Source of the DNA: a virus
Lineage: Duplodnaviria; Caudoviricetes
Length of the DNA stretch: 59,911 bases
Virus record (IMG/VR): IMGVR_UViG_3300024344_000009
Location: 1 to 59,911 of that record
Reading direction: 5' to 3' (one strand)
Both the position numbers and the translations under genes were made by a program. Within the stretch, counting starts at the first letter, position 1, and every line of letters begins with the position of its first letter. Below are positions 10,528 through 21,643 of the stretch, in pieces. The notes under the pieces were generated by a model. The model ran no database searches. It was not told where the DNA came from and worked only from the letters and a program-made list of their open reading frames with translations.

Positions 10528-11433
10528 ATGAGAAAATTAACTACATCAGAATTCATCAAAAAAGCAAACCAAATTCATAATAATTATTATAATTATTCAA
10601 AAAGTAAATATGTAAATGCTCATACTAAAATAAAAATTATTTGTCCTAAACATGGGGAATTCTGGCAAAAACCCAATAATCATATACATTTAAAACAAAA
10701 ATGTGCTAAATGTATAGGGCAATATAAACCATCAACCAAAGAGTTTATTCAAAAAGTAAAAAAAATTCATAATAATAAATATGATTATTCTTTAGTAATT
10801 TATAAACATAATCGTCATAAAATAAAAATTATTTGTCCGCATCATGGTATATTTTTACAAGAACCAAGTTCACATTTACGCGGACAAAATTGCCCATATT
10901 GTACTAATAAAAAAATTGATTTTATTAACCTAGCAAATAAAACTCATAATAATAGGTATAAATATCCTAACAAATATATCAATTCACAAACTAAAATAAA
11001 AATTATTTGTGAAGTACATGGTGCTTTTTATCAACGACCATGTGATCATATTAATAAAAAAACAAATTGCCCTACATGTGCAAGGGGGAATTATTCACAA
11101 AAAGCAATATCTTGGTTAGAATCAATTATTAAAACAGAAAATATTCATATTCAACACGCAGAGAACAAAGGTGAATATAATATTCCAACTACAAAATATA
11201 AAGCTGATGGATATTGTGAAATCAATAATACAATATATGAATTCTATGGTGATTGTTGGCATGGCAATTTGGAATTATATAAAGAAGATGAACAATGTCA
11301 TCCATTTTCTGATGAATGTGCCGGTAGCTTATATATAAAAACAATGCAACGTGAACAAGTAATAAAAAATTTAGGTTATAATTTAATCACTATTTGGGAA
11401 AATGATTATGGTCTAAAAGTTCGTTCTCTATAA
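10528..11433 (+). CDS. family A endonuclease: 3 Zn-binding (DUF723-like) repeats + Vsr-like nuclease
   Basis: ICxxHGxFxQxxxxH..CxxC repeats; ADGY..IYEFYGDxWHG..GYNLITIWE. Confidence 0.8.
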   Translation: MRKLTTSEFIKKANQIHNNYYNYSKSKYVNAHTKIKIICPKHGEFWQKPNNHIHLKQKCAKCIGQYKPSTKEFIQKVKKIHNNKYDYSLVIYKHNRHKIKIICPHHGIFLQEPSSHLRGQNCPYCTNKKIDFINLANKTHNNRYKYPNKYINSQTKIKIICEVHGAFYQRPCDHINKKTNCPTCARGNYSQKAISWLESIIKTENIHIQHAENKGEYNIPTTKYKADGYCEINNTIYEFYGDCWHGNLELYKEDEQCHPFSDECAGSLYIKTMQREQVIKNLGYNLITIWENDYGLKVRSL

Positions 11434-12422
11434 GTTTCTACTATTACACTAGCAATCCAATCAGTGTTAGAATTATTATATGTAGTGATTCTCAATGTAT
11501 AATTAGGCAATAACTCAGTTGTATCGTTGCTGGTCATACTAAAATATGTAGGACAATCACCTGCACATGAAATTTTTGAAAAAAATTGATGAACTGTTTT
11601 TTCTATATGAGATATATTATATAAGCCTGTTTTAGGAGATCCCAGACTCGGAGTTAAATTGATTCCATCAAAATTCCATGCCCCATCTTTAGCTAATGTT
11701 CTTGGTAATAATTGTATTTTATTAGGGTCAGCAAAACCATGTGTTCCCGTTCCAGGACCACCAGGAGCATATTCAATATAATCACCAACTAGTACTAAAT
11801 CAAGGTTTACAGATGTCTGTAATGGCGTAGCATCAGCAACAATCGTTGCATCTATATAATCTGACGCCGAACCACCCACAAAACGAAGATATCCTTCATG
11901 CAACCATACCTTTCCATTATCAGGATGAAACTTAATATTTTTTATTATACTCGGGGTTCCTACCTTATTATCAAATATTAATATATCACCTTCTCCTATC
12001 TCACCATCAGCAGGAGACCCATCCACCCTATCACCAGCACCAATCCATGTAGCATAAATTGTGGCGTCTGGCGAGACTTTATCGGGTTTAAATGTAGAAT
12101 GTACTTCTAACTTAGCACCCAATTCTGATTTATTAATACCATCCAAATTAACCGGCCCTGGATGTGCTGGTGGTGTTATATCAATAAGCACTTTATAATT
12201 AGTCAAGAAATCTTGATAATCAGCAGTATTAGTAGAACTTTGTCCTTTTACACGTCTATGATTAGGGGCAAATAAATTAATAAAATATTTCGTGTTACCT
12301 TCTATTACAAAAACCTGATAACGATTTCTTTTTTCAATGTAATCTAATTTCGCACCACCAATTACAACTTTATCTTTTATAAAACTCCATGACTTTTTTC
12401 TTTTAACTAAATTATTATCCAT
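11406..12422 (-). CDS. putative virion protein
   Basis: 338-aa ORF ending the fibre operon. Confidence 0.6.
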   Translation of the reverse strand: MDNNLVKRKKSWSFIKDKVVIGGAKLDYIEKRNRYQVFVIEGNTKYFINLFAPNHRRVKGQSSTNTADYQDFLTNYKVLIDITPPAHPGPVNLDGINKSELGAKLEVHSTFKPDKVSPDATIYATWIGAGDRVDGSPADGEIGEGDILIFDNKVGTPSIIKNIKFHPDNGKVWLHEGYLRFVGGSASDYIDATIVADATPLQTSVNLDLVLVGDYIEYAPGGPGTGTHGFADPNKIQLLPRTLAKDGAWNFDGINLTPSLGSPKTGLYNISHIEKTVHQFFSKISCAGDCPTYFSMTSNDTTELLPNYTLRITTYNNSNTDWIASVIVETYRERTFRP

Positions 12423-12424
12423 AA

Positions 12425-13375
12425 TTATCCCATATTACCAGTTTCATACCATCCATTTATAATAGATGTCACAAGCCCCGAATTTTGTACATCTTCATTA
12501 CTTATAGTGGCCTTTAAATAATCCGTTCCATTACCCTGAAATCTAGGCGGCGAAACCCAATTTATTAAACTACTAGATATCTGGTTCCCTTTCTGACCAA
12601 TAACACGATCTGTTAATCCTATTTTCATACCATCAGCCAATCCACCCATAGGCAATCCAGTTTCTAATGTAATAGTTTTTGCCACACTATCTACAGCAGT
12701 CACCTTCCTGATAAATTCCATAGGCATGGCCGGTGACCCAGTAGCACTTTGAAAACAATAATATAAACCTATTTCCATATCTACCAAAAGCCCATGATCA
12801 TCGTTAACATTTATAATAGTATCGTTCATATTGTGATTGCCATTAGCAGAAGCCACATATAGTTCTGTTATACGAATTTCTGGGTTATGTCTAACATGAA
12901 ACCCAGGATCACTAAAATATTTAAACCACTCTAATTTAATAAATGTAGGTACTGTATAAGATCCACCTTCCAAAAAATTCAAAGTTAATATCTTTCCCAT
13001 TGGTAACACAAAAATTTCAAAATATTCTTCATCTGTATCTAAAAATTTTTCTATAGTCCAATTCATTACTTCATTATTAACCAAATGTCCATTATTCTCT
13101 GATACTATAGTTATTTCACCTCCAGAAGCCATTTTAGTAGTATCTGGTTGTGAACCCGTTACCGCCCGTATAGATTGTGATACAGAATATAATACTTCAG
13201 GCGTTGAAAATTTTATAACCCGCAACGATCCGTCAGATATAAGATTAATTAATCCAGTACTATTTTGTATATCCGATGTATCAGTTCCCAATAAATCATA
13301 AGTTCCATTTGCAGGAACCGTTAACCCTAAATCTGTTACATCTACATTAGAACTTAATAAATTTTTAAGTATCAT
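12425..13375 (-). CDS. putative virion protein
   Basis: N-terminal domain similar to that of 16527..18659. Confidence 0.6.
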   Translation of the reverse strand: MILKNLLSSNVDVTDLGLTVPANGTYDLLGTDTSDIQNSTGLINLISDGSLRVIKFSTPEVLYSVSQSIRAVTGSQPDTTKMASGGEITIVSENNGHLVNNEVMNWTIEKFLDTDEEYFEIFVLPMGKILTLNFLEGGSYTVPTFIKLEWFKYFSDPGFHVRHNPEIRITELYVASANGNHNMNDTIINVNDDHGLLVDMEIGLYYCFQSATGSPAMPMEFIRKVTAVDSVAKTITLETGLPMGGLADGMKIGLTDRVIGQKGNQISSSLINWVSPPRFQGNGTDYLKATISNEDVQNSGLVTSIINGWYETGNMG

Positions 13376-15277
13376 TTATACTTTTCTCCATTTAACCCAT
13401 ATTTCTACTAAAGTATCTTTTAAATTTTCACCAGAAACTCTATCAGCACGTAATCTCAATTTATCACCTGCACTGAAATCAATATTCTTGTCTGTGTGTA
13501 CTATGTTTTGTTCATTATTACTGCCACTAGAAAACTGAAGTAATGAACCACTATCAATACTATTTATATATAAATCTATGTCACATGTAGAACTCTTAAC
13601 ATTTTCGCAATTTCCAGTTACTCTAATAATAGTTCCATCATATGGCATAACATATCCAGAGTCCGCATCACTTGCATGTCCAATCTGAACCCAATCATTA
13701 TCTGACAATTCGGATTCTGCCCACATTAAATTAGTAACTTCCACAGATAATTCTTTATTTGCTCTAGTAGTATCAGTCAAAAATAACATAGGTTCTGATA
13801 ATATCGAATCAAACCCTGTAATTTGTTGTGAGGATGCACCAGAGCCACCTCCGGTAACTATTATAGTAGTTTTACCGCTGCCATTATCAACAACAGAAAC
13901 ATCACCTTCAAAATTAATAGTTCCAACATTAGTGGATACTTGTAAATCATTCTCTTGCACTTCTACAGTAGAACCACCCGCAGGACCCATGGCACCATCA
14001 GAACCAGCGTCACCTTTTACGCCCTGCAATTTTGTTACTGAAAATACAGCATGAGGTTGTAATACTGATGCTTTGCCTGTTTTTACTAATTCAACTTCTA
14101 TTCTATCACCAGCACTTAAATTAACTTCTGTGTTAATAACAATAGGAACTACTTCATGATCTTCTGGATAACCATACTGACTCCAATCTAATGCTTGCTG
14201 TTGATCTAAAGTATAATATGTTCCAGGTAATGTTATCGTACTAGAACTAACTTCTTTAATACAAACTGTTGTCGTTCCAGAAGGCTGTAATACATACCCC
14301 GTAAAAATTACTCGATAAAGCCCATTTTCTTTTATATCTATGTGTTTATCATCAAATACATCAATAGTAGTAGGCAAATTCTCAACATCTATAACATCAA
14401 ATGATACATCAGCACTAGATTCCGGTATAGTCCATGTAGTACTACGACGAATTTGTGCAACAGGTAAATCAGCTATAGTAATACTTGGTACGGATGCGGC
14501 GACCCAATCAATTCCGTTATATTGTAAAACCTGATTATTTGTTGGCGTTAATGGATTGGTTACATCGCTCAAAACCTCAAGACTCAATGTGCTTGGTTGT
14601 GGTACAGCATTTGTATCACCAATCCAAATATTATTTGTTGGTAAATTTGGTAAATCATTCGGTCTACCAACACCGAATACATGTGTTATTCCATTTATTG
14701 CATCTACTCTAACTACTTCAGCAATCTTTTGTACTAAATCTGTTCCTATAGGTCTTGTAGTTGTAATAAGTCCACCACCAGATGGAACATAAAGTTCATC
14801 ACCTACAACATATCCTGATGTATCTATTAAATTAGCTGGGCCTGCATAAACAATAAGTCCTGTAGTAGCATTTTCAACATCAAAACGACAAACTATACCT
14901 ATTGCTGGCATTTTTAAAGGATCACTAGCATCAGCGGGTGCTATAGTTGGTAAATTATTTAATGTATTAAAACCTGTAATATAAACTGGTGTATGTGATG
15001 GTATATTAAAACCAGTATCATTATAAACATCAAACGTCATTGGTTCTGCTAATGTATCTTCATCATCTATTAATGAACAATCATGTGCCACCAATAAAGT
15101 ATCTAAATCTGTTAAATTCTGTGCTGATGGTGTAACATCATATGTAATAGTTATATCAAAATCATTATCAATAGTAACTACTTCAACAAATGGCGTACCA
15201 CCATAAAAATCATTTAGTTCGTCTGCAAAAATAGCAGCACAAACTCCAGCTCGTTGTCGTTGAATCTCTACAGACAT
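13376..15277 (-). CDS. modular fibre/decoration protein with C1q/BclA-like domain and short collagen run
   Basis: IKENGLYRV domain, GVKGDAGSDGAMGPAG, C-terminal domain shared with 18660..20051. Confidence 0.7.
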   Translation of the reverse strand: MSVEIQRQRAGVCAAIFADELNDFYGGTPFVEVVTIDNDFDITITYDVTPSAQNLTDLDTLLVAHDCSLIDDEDTLAEPMTFDVYNDTGFNIPSHTPVYITGFNTLNNLPTIAPADASDPLKMPAIGIVCRFDVENATTGLIVYAGPANLIDTSGYVVGDELYVPSGGGLITTTRPIGTDLVQKIAEVVRVDAINGITHVFGVGRPNDLPNLPTNNIWIGDTNAVPQPSTLSLEVLSDVTNPLTPTNNQVLQYNGIDWVAASVPSITIADLPVAQIRRSTTWTIPESSADVSFDVIDVENLPTTIDVFDDKHIDIKENGLYRVIFTGYVLQPSGTTTVCIKEVSSSTITLPGTYYTLDQQQALDWSQYGYPEDHEVVPIVINTEVNLSAGDRIEVELVKTGKASVLQPHAVFSVTKLQGVKGDAGSDGAMGPAGGSTVEVQENDLQVSTNVGTINFEGDVSVVDNGSGKTTIIVTGGGSGASSQQITGFDSILSEPMLFLTDTTRANKELSVEVTNLMWAESELSDNDWVQIGHASDADSGYVMPYDGTIIRVTGNCENVKSSTCDIDLYINSIDSGSLLQFSSGSNNEQNIVHTDKNIDFSAGDKLRLRADRVSGENLKDTLVEIWVKWRKV

Positions 15278-15311
15278 TTATTTACTCCAATATAATTTAT
15301 ACATATATTTA

Positions 15312-16511
15312 TCATGTTAACGAAATTATTCTAGCATCGACAGTAGTTGGATTAGTCGTTCTATTCCAATAAGAAAATAATGCTCTGGTAGAATCTATTT
15401 TTTCTAACCAACTATCTGCTGCCCCGGCAGCATTCGCACCATTAGTATCACCAGTATTACTAATATCACATGAAGAAGAAGTAGTAAAGGTTAATCCTGA
15501 TGGTGTTATTATTGTTCCTAAACGTTGAAATAATGGTGAAGAAAATTCTTGATGTATCATTAATATATCAGTAGAAGAAATTGACACTAAATTCATTGCA
15601 GAAACACCCGTCAATCCTAATAAAGTACTAGTTCCCTGTGTAATAGTATTTCCAGATATTGTACAAGCTCTGGCTCGTAGTGCCAATGTATTTTCTGCAA
15701 AAACAACCACATAATTAGTTGGCGAAATAATTGATGTTCTAATAACATTAACAGCATTAGTAGTAGCTGTTACGGTAGTGGTTAATGATACAGTAGTACC
15801 AGTCACATCTACTATAGATACAAAACCGCCACCAGTAGCTATGTGTGACAATAAAAATCTTCCAGAACTAACTTTAACATAATCAATACATCTAGCCGTA
15901 GTATCAGTAGTAATTGTTACCGGCGTTCCTAATGAAGAAATTGTAGTTCCAGCATATGTAGCTACTCTAGCCACTACATGACTAGATAAATTTTTATGTA
16001 CAACTAATGCTCTCGTAGAATCTATAATATCAACAGCATATACTGGTGCATTAGTAAGTCCAGTACTTACCAAAGAATCAGTTATAGGAAATCCAGTTCC
16101 TTCAGATAAAACACCAGCAGATTCAGTTAATATTCTAAGTTCATTTCTATTTGATGTATCTGTCTGATATATCACCATAGCTTGTGTACTATTTATTTTA
16201 GAAGAACCTATAGCATTACTATTGGCTGTAGTGACACCATTTATAGTACTATTTGTTATTGTTATATCAGAACCATTCAATGTTATTCCAGATCCAGATA
16301 AATTTACTACTGTAGCCTTATTACCAACATTTTTAACACTATAATATGATATTGCTTTACTACTCGTTAATGGTGTATTAAAAACAAAAGAAAAATTCAA
16401 TGCCAATGTTGGACTATATGCTATATTACTTCCATTTAACGTACAATTATATCCTGACCAATCTACATTTGTGTCAATAACCTGAAACGGTGTTAAATTA
16501 TTTAAACTCAT
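15312..16511 (-). CDS. putative virion protein, beta-rich repeats
   Basis: S/T-rich, ~50-aa imperfect repeats (IDSTRAL, ISPTNYV, ISSTDIL). Confidence 0.6.
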   Translation of the reverse strand: MSLNNLTPFQVIDTNVDWSGYNCTLNGSNIAYSPTLALNFSFVFNTPLTSSKAISYYSVKNVGNKATVVNLSGSGITLNGSDITITNSTINGVTTANSNAIGSSKINSTQAMVIYQTDTSNRNELRILTESAGVLSEGTGFPITDSLVSTGLTNAPVYAVDIIDSTRALVVHKNLSSHVVARVATYAGTTISSLGTPVTITTDTTARCIDYVKVSSGRFLLSHIATGGGFVSIVDVTGTTVSLTTTVTATTNAVNVIRTSIISPTNYVVVFAENTLALRARACTISGNTITQGTSTLLGLTGVSAMNLVSISSTDILMIHQEFSSPLFQRLGTIITPSGLTFTTSSSCDISNTGDTNGANAAGAADSWLEKIDSTRALFSYWNRTTNPTTVDARIISLT

Positions 16512-16526
16512 TACACTCCCCTATAT

Positions 16527-18659
16527 TTAAGCCACTCTAAAAATTGTAATACCAGCATCCCACATACTAGAATTTGTACCAGCCGAATCAGTTCTAAAAT
16601 CTAATGTGTATGTTTTTACACCAGCAGTTAATGTTCTATAATATACTCTATGTGCTAAATATCTTTGACTAGATCCTGTTGTGCTAAATGAACCAGCAGA
16701 ATCTTTAGGTTCTTGTTTATGAATTTCGCCTATATTAACAGCATCTTCTCTTACTCTAGCTTCAAAATCATTACCATTTGCGTTATGATTCCACCCGTAA
16801 GAAACTTCTATTCTATAAGTTCCAGCAGGTAAAGATGGTGTTACCATTGTTACTTTATTCAAAAACGCAGTACTAGTCGTTGTAGTAACTGTTAATGATT
16901 CTGCATGTTGATATTCAGATCCAAATATTGGAGAAAATGTTATATCTGCTACACCAAGACCAGCATCTAAAGCTGTTATATCAGTACCAACAAAATTAAG
17001 TTCAGTATGAGGTGTATTTGTTAGATTAACGCCCTCTTCTTTTACTATAATAGAAGATCCAGAACCCGGTGGTCCAGCAATACCATCAGCCCCTTTTGTA
17101 CCTTGCATTCGTATAACTGTAAAGTTATGACCCAATGAAAATACATTACCATTACCACTAGCTCGTACTTGTAATGTTATGAAATCCCCCGCTGTTAAAT
17201 TAGCAGGAAATACACAACTAACAGCATTTATTTCATCATCTTCACTAATTGTTCGTTCAGAACAAGGTAAAACTGAAGTATCATTCAAACGAACTCTAAA
17301 ATCAAATGTTTCTTCACCTGGATCTGCATCAATAGATAATGAATATGTAATTAAATATAATCCAGTTTCTTTTATATCAATATTATCAGTATTTGTATTA
17401 TTATGCTCAATTACAGCAGGATCAGTTTCTATATCAGTTGTATTCCATGTTACATCTGTATAAGTTAATGGTAAATTAAATGTTGTTGTTCTTGATACAC
17501 ATGCTGATGCTAAATCACCTACTGGCACCGATGATGCTATTGTTAATATATCACCTGTTATACTAGTTGTTATACCAGTTCCACCAGAAATAGTTAAAGT
17601 ATCTTGTGGAATATCGGGGGTTGTTGAACCACTATCAGCAATAATATTACTCCATTTTGCTGCTTGTATCCAAATACTACCATTATAAAAATTAAATTCT
17701 GATGCATTATTATCAAAAACAACCCATGCTAATTCTGGTACATAATCTATCCAATCAGATGTACTAGAACGATATTCAACAATCCTATTATCAAGTCCTG
17801 TCCAAACACCTATAGCACTAGGTGCAACAATATATCTATCACCATTAGATGGTGTCAATATTGATGGATCTGTAACTACTCGTGATAATACATTTCTTTT
17901 CCAATTAGTATTCGTACCTACATCATATCCGCCATTACCTGCGGTCAAAATAGATATATCTGATGATGAAATCGCAGTTTCGTTTAATCTGGGCGGATAA
18001 TTTAAAACTAAAAATTCAGTGGATGATGTTGCAAAACCCATTACTTTCATTACTTCACCAGCACCAGTAGGTGCAATTTCTGTAATTTTACCTGCTATTT
18101 TAGTACTTAAAAAATAAATTTGTCCTGTAATCAATGCTAAACCACTTTCAACAATTATTGGATTTACATTAACAATAGTACCACCAGCACCAACCATAAT
18201 ATAAATATTATCAACATCTATAACTTCTTGAACTATAGCCGCACTAGAAGAATTGGCTATATTATCAGCGGTTGCTAATATTAATGTATTTGTAATATTA
18301 TCAAATTTTACTACATTACCTTTCATAAAACCATGTGCAGTTTGGGTAAATTTTATAGAAAATCTTCTTCTACTACTAAGCCAAAATCCATCATCACTAT
18401 CATTTGATACATCATGAATAATATAATCTTTTCCTTGAATAATATTTGTTATATCTTGTATTCCATCATTAACTACTAAATTACCAGATGCTATACCCGA
18501 CAATAATACTGAATCAGATCGCAAATCTACAGAAGTATAAACAGAAAGATCTATAATTCCAGGTGTTACTGGACTTCCAACACCAGCAGGTACAGTTTCA
18601 CCTATAGATAGTAATTCTATATCAGATAAAGTGGTGTTTTTTATAATTATAGTTTTCAC
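16527..18659 (-). CDS. modular fibre protein (DUF2793-like, C1q/BclA-like, collagen run)
   Basis: PSNGDRYIV..W.G.DNRI, IKETGLYLI, GTKGADGIAGPPG. Confidence 0.7.
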   Translation of the reverse strand: MKTIIIKNTTLSDIELLSIGETVPAGVGSPVTPGIIDLSVYTSVDLRSDSVLLSGIASGNLVVNDGIQDITNIIQGKDYIIHDVSNDSDDGFWLSSRRRFSIKFTQTAHGFMKGNVVKFDNITNTLILATADNIANSSSAAIVQEVIDVDNIYIMVGAGGTIVNVNPIIVESGLALITGQIYFLSTKIAGKITEIAPTGAGEVMKVMGFATSSTEFLVLNYPPRLNETAISSSDISILTAGNGGYDVGTNTNWKRNVLSRVVTDPSILTPSNGDRYIVAPSAIGVWTGLDNRIVEYRSSTSDWIDYVPELAWVVFDNNASEFNFYNGSIWIQAAKWSNIIADSGSTTPDIPQDTLTISGGTGITTSITGDILTIASSVPVGDLASACVSRTTTFNLPLTYTDVTWNTTDIETDPAVIEHNNTNTDNIDIKETGLYLITYSLSIDADPGEETFDFRVRLNDTSVLPCSERTISEDDEINAVSCVFPANLTAGDFITLQVRASGNGNVFSLGHNFTVIRMQGTKGADGIAGPPGSGSSIIVKEEGVNLTNTPHTELNFVGTDITALDAGLGVADITFSPIFGSEYQHAESLTVTTTTSTAFLNKVTMVTPSLPAGTYRIEVSYGWNHNANGNDFEARVREDAVNIGEIHKQEPKDSAGSFSTTGSSQRYLAHRVYYRTLTAGVKTYTLDFRTDSAGTNSSMWDAGITIFRVA

Positions 18660-20051
18660 TTATCCTCTCCATTTTATATATAATACAGCCACGACATCTT
18701 TAGAACTCGATCCAGTACCACCTCTTAGTTGTACCAAATCACCAGCGACTACATCTACATTTGTTGTTGTATCAGAAAAATCGGAACTGCTAGGAAAAAG
18801 AATTATATTACTTGTATTTAATACACTATTAACATATAAATTAACTGCTCTGGTAGTAGTGCTACTAGATGAATGTGCTGTCGCCTTAACAATGGTTCCA
18901 TCATGTGGGATAATATAACCCGCAGTGCTATCTTTTGCAGAAGCTATATCCATCCACGTATTATTGTTTAACTCTTTATTATCGAATGTATGTGTTGTTG
19001 TTTCTATAGATAATATTTTATTTGATCGTGTTGTATCGATAAAAGTTGGAACTGGTTGACCATTTATAGTAGTTATTGTAACACCACCAGAAGTAGAATT
19101 AATAGTTATCTCATTTACATCACTAGTCAATGTAATATTCGTACCAGCAACCAAACTCTTCAAACGTATATCAGAACCTACCTTTGCACTGAAAATGCCT
19201 TCACCAGCCCCTAAATTCGATGTAGTATTAATTTCAGCCGTCGTATTGATAGTTATAGCTTCATTACCAGCAGGGTTTGTTTCTACTACACTAATTAATG
19301 TTCCACCTAATACTTTATTAAGTAAAAACCCAGCCGTCGTATCATCAGCACTTACTTTAACCAATTCATCATTAGAACCAGCCAAAGTTGCAAATGTAAG
19401 GTTTCCTGCACCATCAGTTTGAATTACTTGACCAACAGTTCCATCACCGTCCGGCATTATATAAGGAGATGGTGATGGCGATCCGATAGTTACATTTCGG
19501 AAACTTACATTATTAAGTGTTATAACATCACCATTGCCAGCATTATTAAATAACATGTCAACACCAGTAACAGAATCAATAAGAATATTTCCTGTTGTTT
19601 CATCAAAAACTTCTGTATAAACAATACTAGATGAAGAATTTTCTAAATTTATTCCAGTAGTACTCGTTCCCGTGGGCGACTTTAATGTTAATATAGAATT
19701 CCCAGTAACAGGAAATATGTTTAAATTGCCAGTCATTGTATCACCAGCAACATTAACTTTAGCATCTAATTCTGCTTGTAAATCAGTTTGATTAGATACT
19801 ATTCCTGTTATATCACCCCATGCAACACTACCAGTAACACCGTTTAATGTCCATCCTGTATCCGGTGCGGAATTTTTAGAATAGATAGATCCATCTCTAC
19901 GTAAATACAAAGAACCAATAGGGGCTTCAAATCCTCCAATAGTAGGATCTATAGAACCTTGTACAATTAAAACAGCATCAACCTGCAACCCACTAGGATC
20001 TTGTAGTGCTATCCAATTATCTATCTCAAATGCATTATCAATATTTGCCAC
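18660..20051 (-). CDS. fibre protein
   Basis: APIGSLYLR, NQTDLQAELDAKV..GDTMTGNL, LKSLVAGTNITL. Confidence 0.7.
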   Translation of the reverse strand: MANIDNAFEIDNWIALQDPSGLQVDAVLIVQGSIDPTIGGFEAPIGSLYLRRDGSIYSKNSAPDTGWTLNGVTGSVAWGDITGIVSNQTDLQAELDAKVNVAGDTMTGNLNIFPVTGNSILTLKSPTGTSTTGINLENSSSSIVYTEVFDETTGNILIDSVTGVDMLFNNAGNGDVITLNNVSFRNVTIGSPSPSPYIMPDGDGTVGQVIQTDGAGNLTFATLAGSNDELVKVSADDTTAGFLLNKVLGGTLISVVETNPAGNEAITINTTAEINTTSNLGAGEGIFSAKVGSDIRLKSLVAGTNITLTSDVNEITINSTSGGVTITTINGQPVPTFIDTTRSNKILSIETTTHTFDNKELNNNTWMDIASAKDSTAGYIIPHDGTIVKATAHSSSSTTTRAVNLYVNSVLNTSNIILFPSSSDFSDTTTNVDVVAGDLVQLRGGTGSSSKDVVAVLYIKWRG

Positions 20052-20067
20052 AAGGCTGTATCCTTTA

Positions 20068-21558
20068 TTATGCTAACAAACTTACGCCAATTCGCTTAAT
20101 AGTAAATGTTATAGTAGCTACCGTTGCTGGATTAACAGTTAACTGCATATCTGCACCACTCATAGAAACATCAATAGCCACATTTAACCCAGTTTGTGTT
20201 CCAACACGAAGTCCAGAAAATCTATTAAAATCACTAATCGTACCGTCATTCATTGCATGAATTTCCCATGCACGTCTTCCACTAGTAACAGTATTCTTTA
20301 ATTGAAGCAACCACTTAACCTCGTTTCCTTCAGCAGCAGTAATTGTATCAAGTACATTAACCGTACTAATAGTAAGAGGTCCACCTGTAATTTCTAGGTT
20401 ACTTTCATTAAGACTTCCTACTTCTTGATTAATAGCATCAAAGTTTTGTTGTATATTATTAGTAGCCAATTGTGATTGTGTTAGAAAACCACCAGTAGTC
20501 CATGTACCGGCGGTATTAAGATCACCAAGTTCTACATCAATAGCTTCTAACGATGCAGTAGTAGTTTGACCATCAGTAATGATATTATCTACTGAATAAA
20601 CCCTATCACCAATAGCATTATTAAGTGCATTTAATGCGTCAGTAATAGTTAATGTACCTGCCGCATTCCATATCATTTCATCTGTTAATGCAAAATTTAC
20701 TGCAATATTGTTTATTAAGCCATCACCATAAGTAGCATCTATTTCACCAATAGCAGTAGTTACATCAAACGTTGAAGTAGGATGTGCATCACTAAAATCA
20801 GTAACAACATTATTACTTCCATAAATCAATGTACCTAACGCATCATCAAGTTTTGAAATGCCAGTATCTAATGGATCATTATCAACTATAATATCATTTG
20901 AATCATATTGGGGGAAAACTGCACCAGAACCAACAGGTTTACCAATAAAATTTTCGATATCAGTGATAGCCGCAGCAGAACCAGCAGAACCAAATTGTAT
21001 CCAAGCAGTACCATCATATATCCATTGTTGGTCAGCATGTGTTCCTTGGTTTACGAGAACTGCATCCCCATCCGTAGCTAAATTAGTGTCTTCCGTAAAT
21101 GTCCATGCACCAGTACCACCAGATACGATATATACATTATCATTACCCGTTGTTAAATCACTAAAAAGTAATCTATCACCCGATACTATTGTAATACCAT
21201 CAACAGTATCACCAACGTTAGCTGCGGATTCTGCGGCTGCAATATTAGCATATGTAGTCTGGTCTAAAACTTTTACTGGTTCACGCCAAGAAACACCAGA
21301 AACTAACGCATCTACATAACTTTTTGAAGCTGTTTGATTCCAATCACTGGAAATACCTAAATTCGTGTGTTTGTACCAAAAATTTAACAAATCAGTATCA
21401 GCATCAGTCTGCATATATACAGAGCCAATAGGTGCGGCCAATGTACGCCCAACATTACCTACCGGGGCACCATTGCCATGTAAAATATGTGCCTCTACGG
21501 AAAAATCGTCTTCAACGATTGCTAACCCATGTGTTGCACGAAATAAATTAATTGCCAT
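20068..21558 (-). CDS. fibre/structural protein
   Basis: APIGSVYMQ, ASKSYVD..WREPV, repeated ISKLD/LNALN helical segments. Confidence 0.7.
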   Translation of the reverse strand: MAINLFRATHGLAIVEDDFSVEAHILHGNGAPVGNVGRTLAAPIGSVYMQTDADTDLLNFWYKHTNLGISSDWNQTASKSYVDALVSGVSWREPVKVLDQTTYANIAAAESAANVGDTVDGITIVSGDRLLFSDLTTGNDNVYIVSGGTGAWTFTEDTNLATDGDAVLVNQGTHADQQWIYDGTAWIQFGSAGSAAAITDIENFIGKPVGSGAVFPQYDSNDIIVDNDPLDTGISKLDDALGTLIYGSNNVVTDFSDAHPTSTFDVTTAIGEIDATYGDGLINNIAVNFALTDEMIWNAAGTLTITDALNALNNAIGDRVYSVDNIITDGQTTTASLEAIDVELGDLNTAGTWTTGGFLTQSQLATNNIQQNFDAINQEVGSLNESNLEITGGPLTISTVNVLDTITAAEGNEVKWLLQLKNTVTSGRRAWEIHAMNDGTISDFNRFSGLRVGTQTGLNVAIDVSMSGADMQLTVNPATVATITFTIKRIGVSLLA

Positions 21559-21582
21559 TATAATATTCTCCTAATTCCATTT

Positions 21583-21599
21583 TATAAATACTATTTATA
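21583..21599. promoter_or_regulatory. palindromic pair of late promoters
   Basis: TATAAATA-C-TATTTATA. Confidence 0.6.
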
Positions 21600-21626
21600 A
21601 TAATTTACCAATATAATTTATTTTTA

Positions 21627-21635
21627 TGGTATAAT
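21627..21635 (+). promoter_or_regulatory. extended -10 promoter for nuclease gene
   Basis: TGgTATAAT, ATG 8 nt downstream. Confidence 0.6.
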
Positions 21636-21643
21636 GTTTTATT

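Noticed and set aside
7760-21574. Many short plus-strand ORFs opposite fibre genes
   Set aside because: Antisense by-products of codon bias, no SD or recognisable motifs
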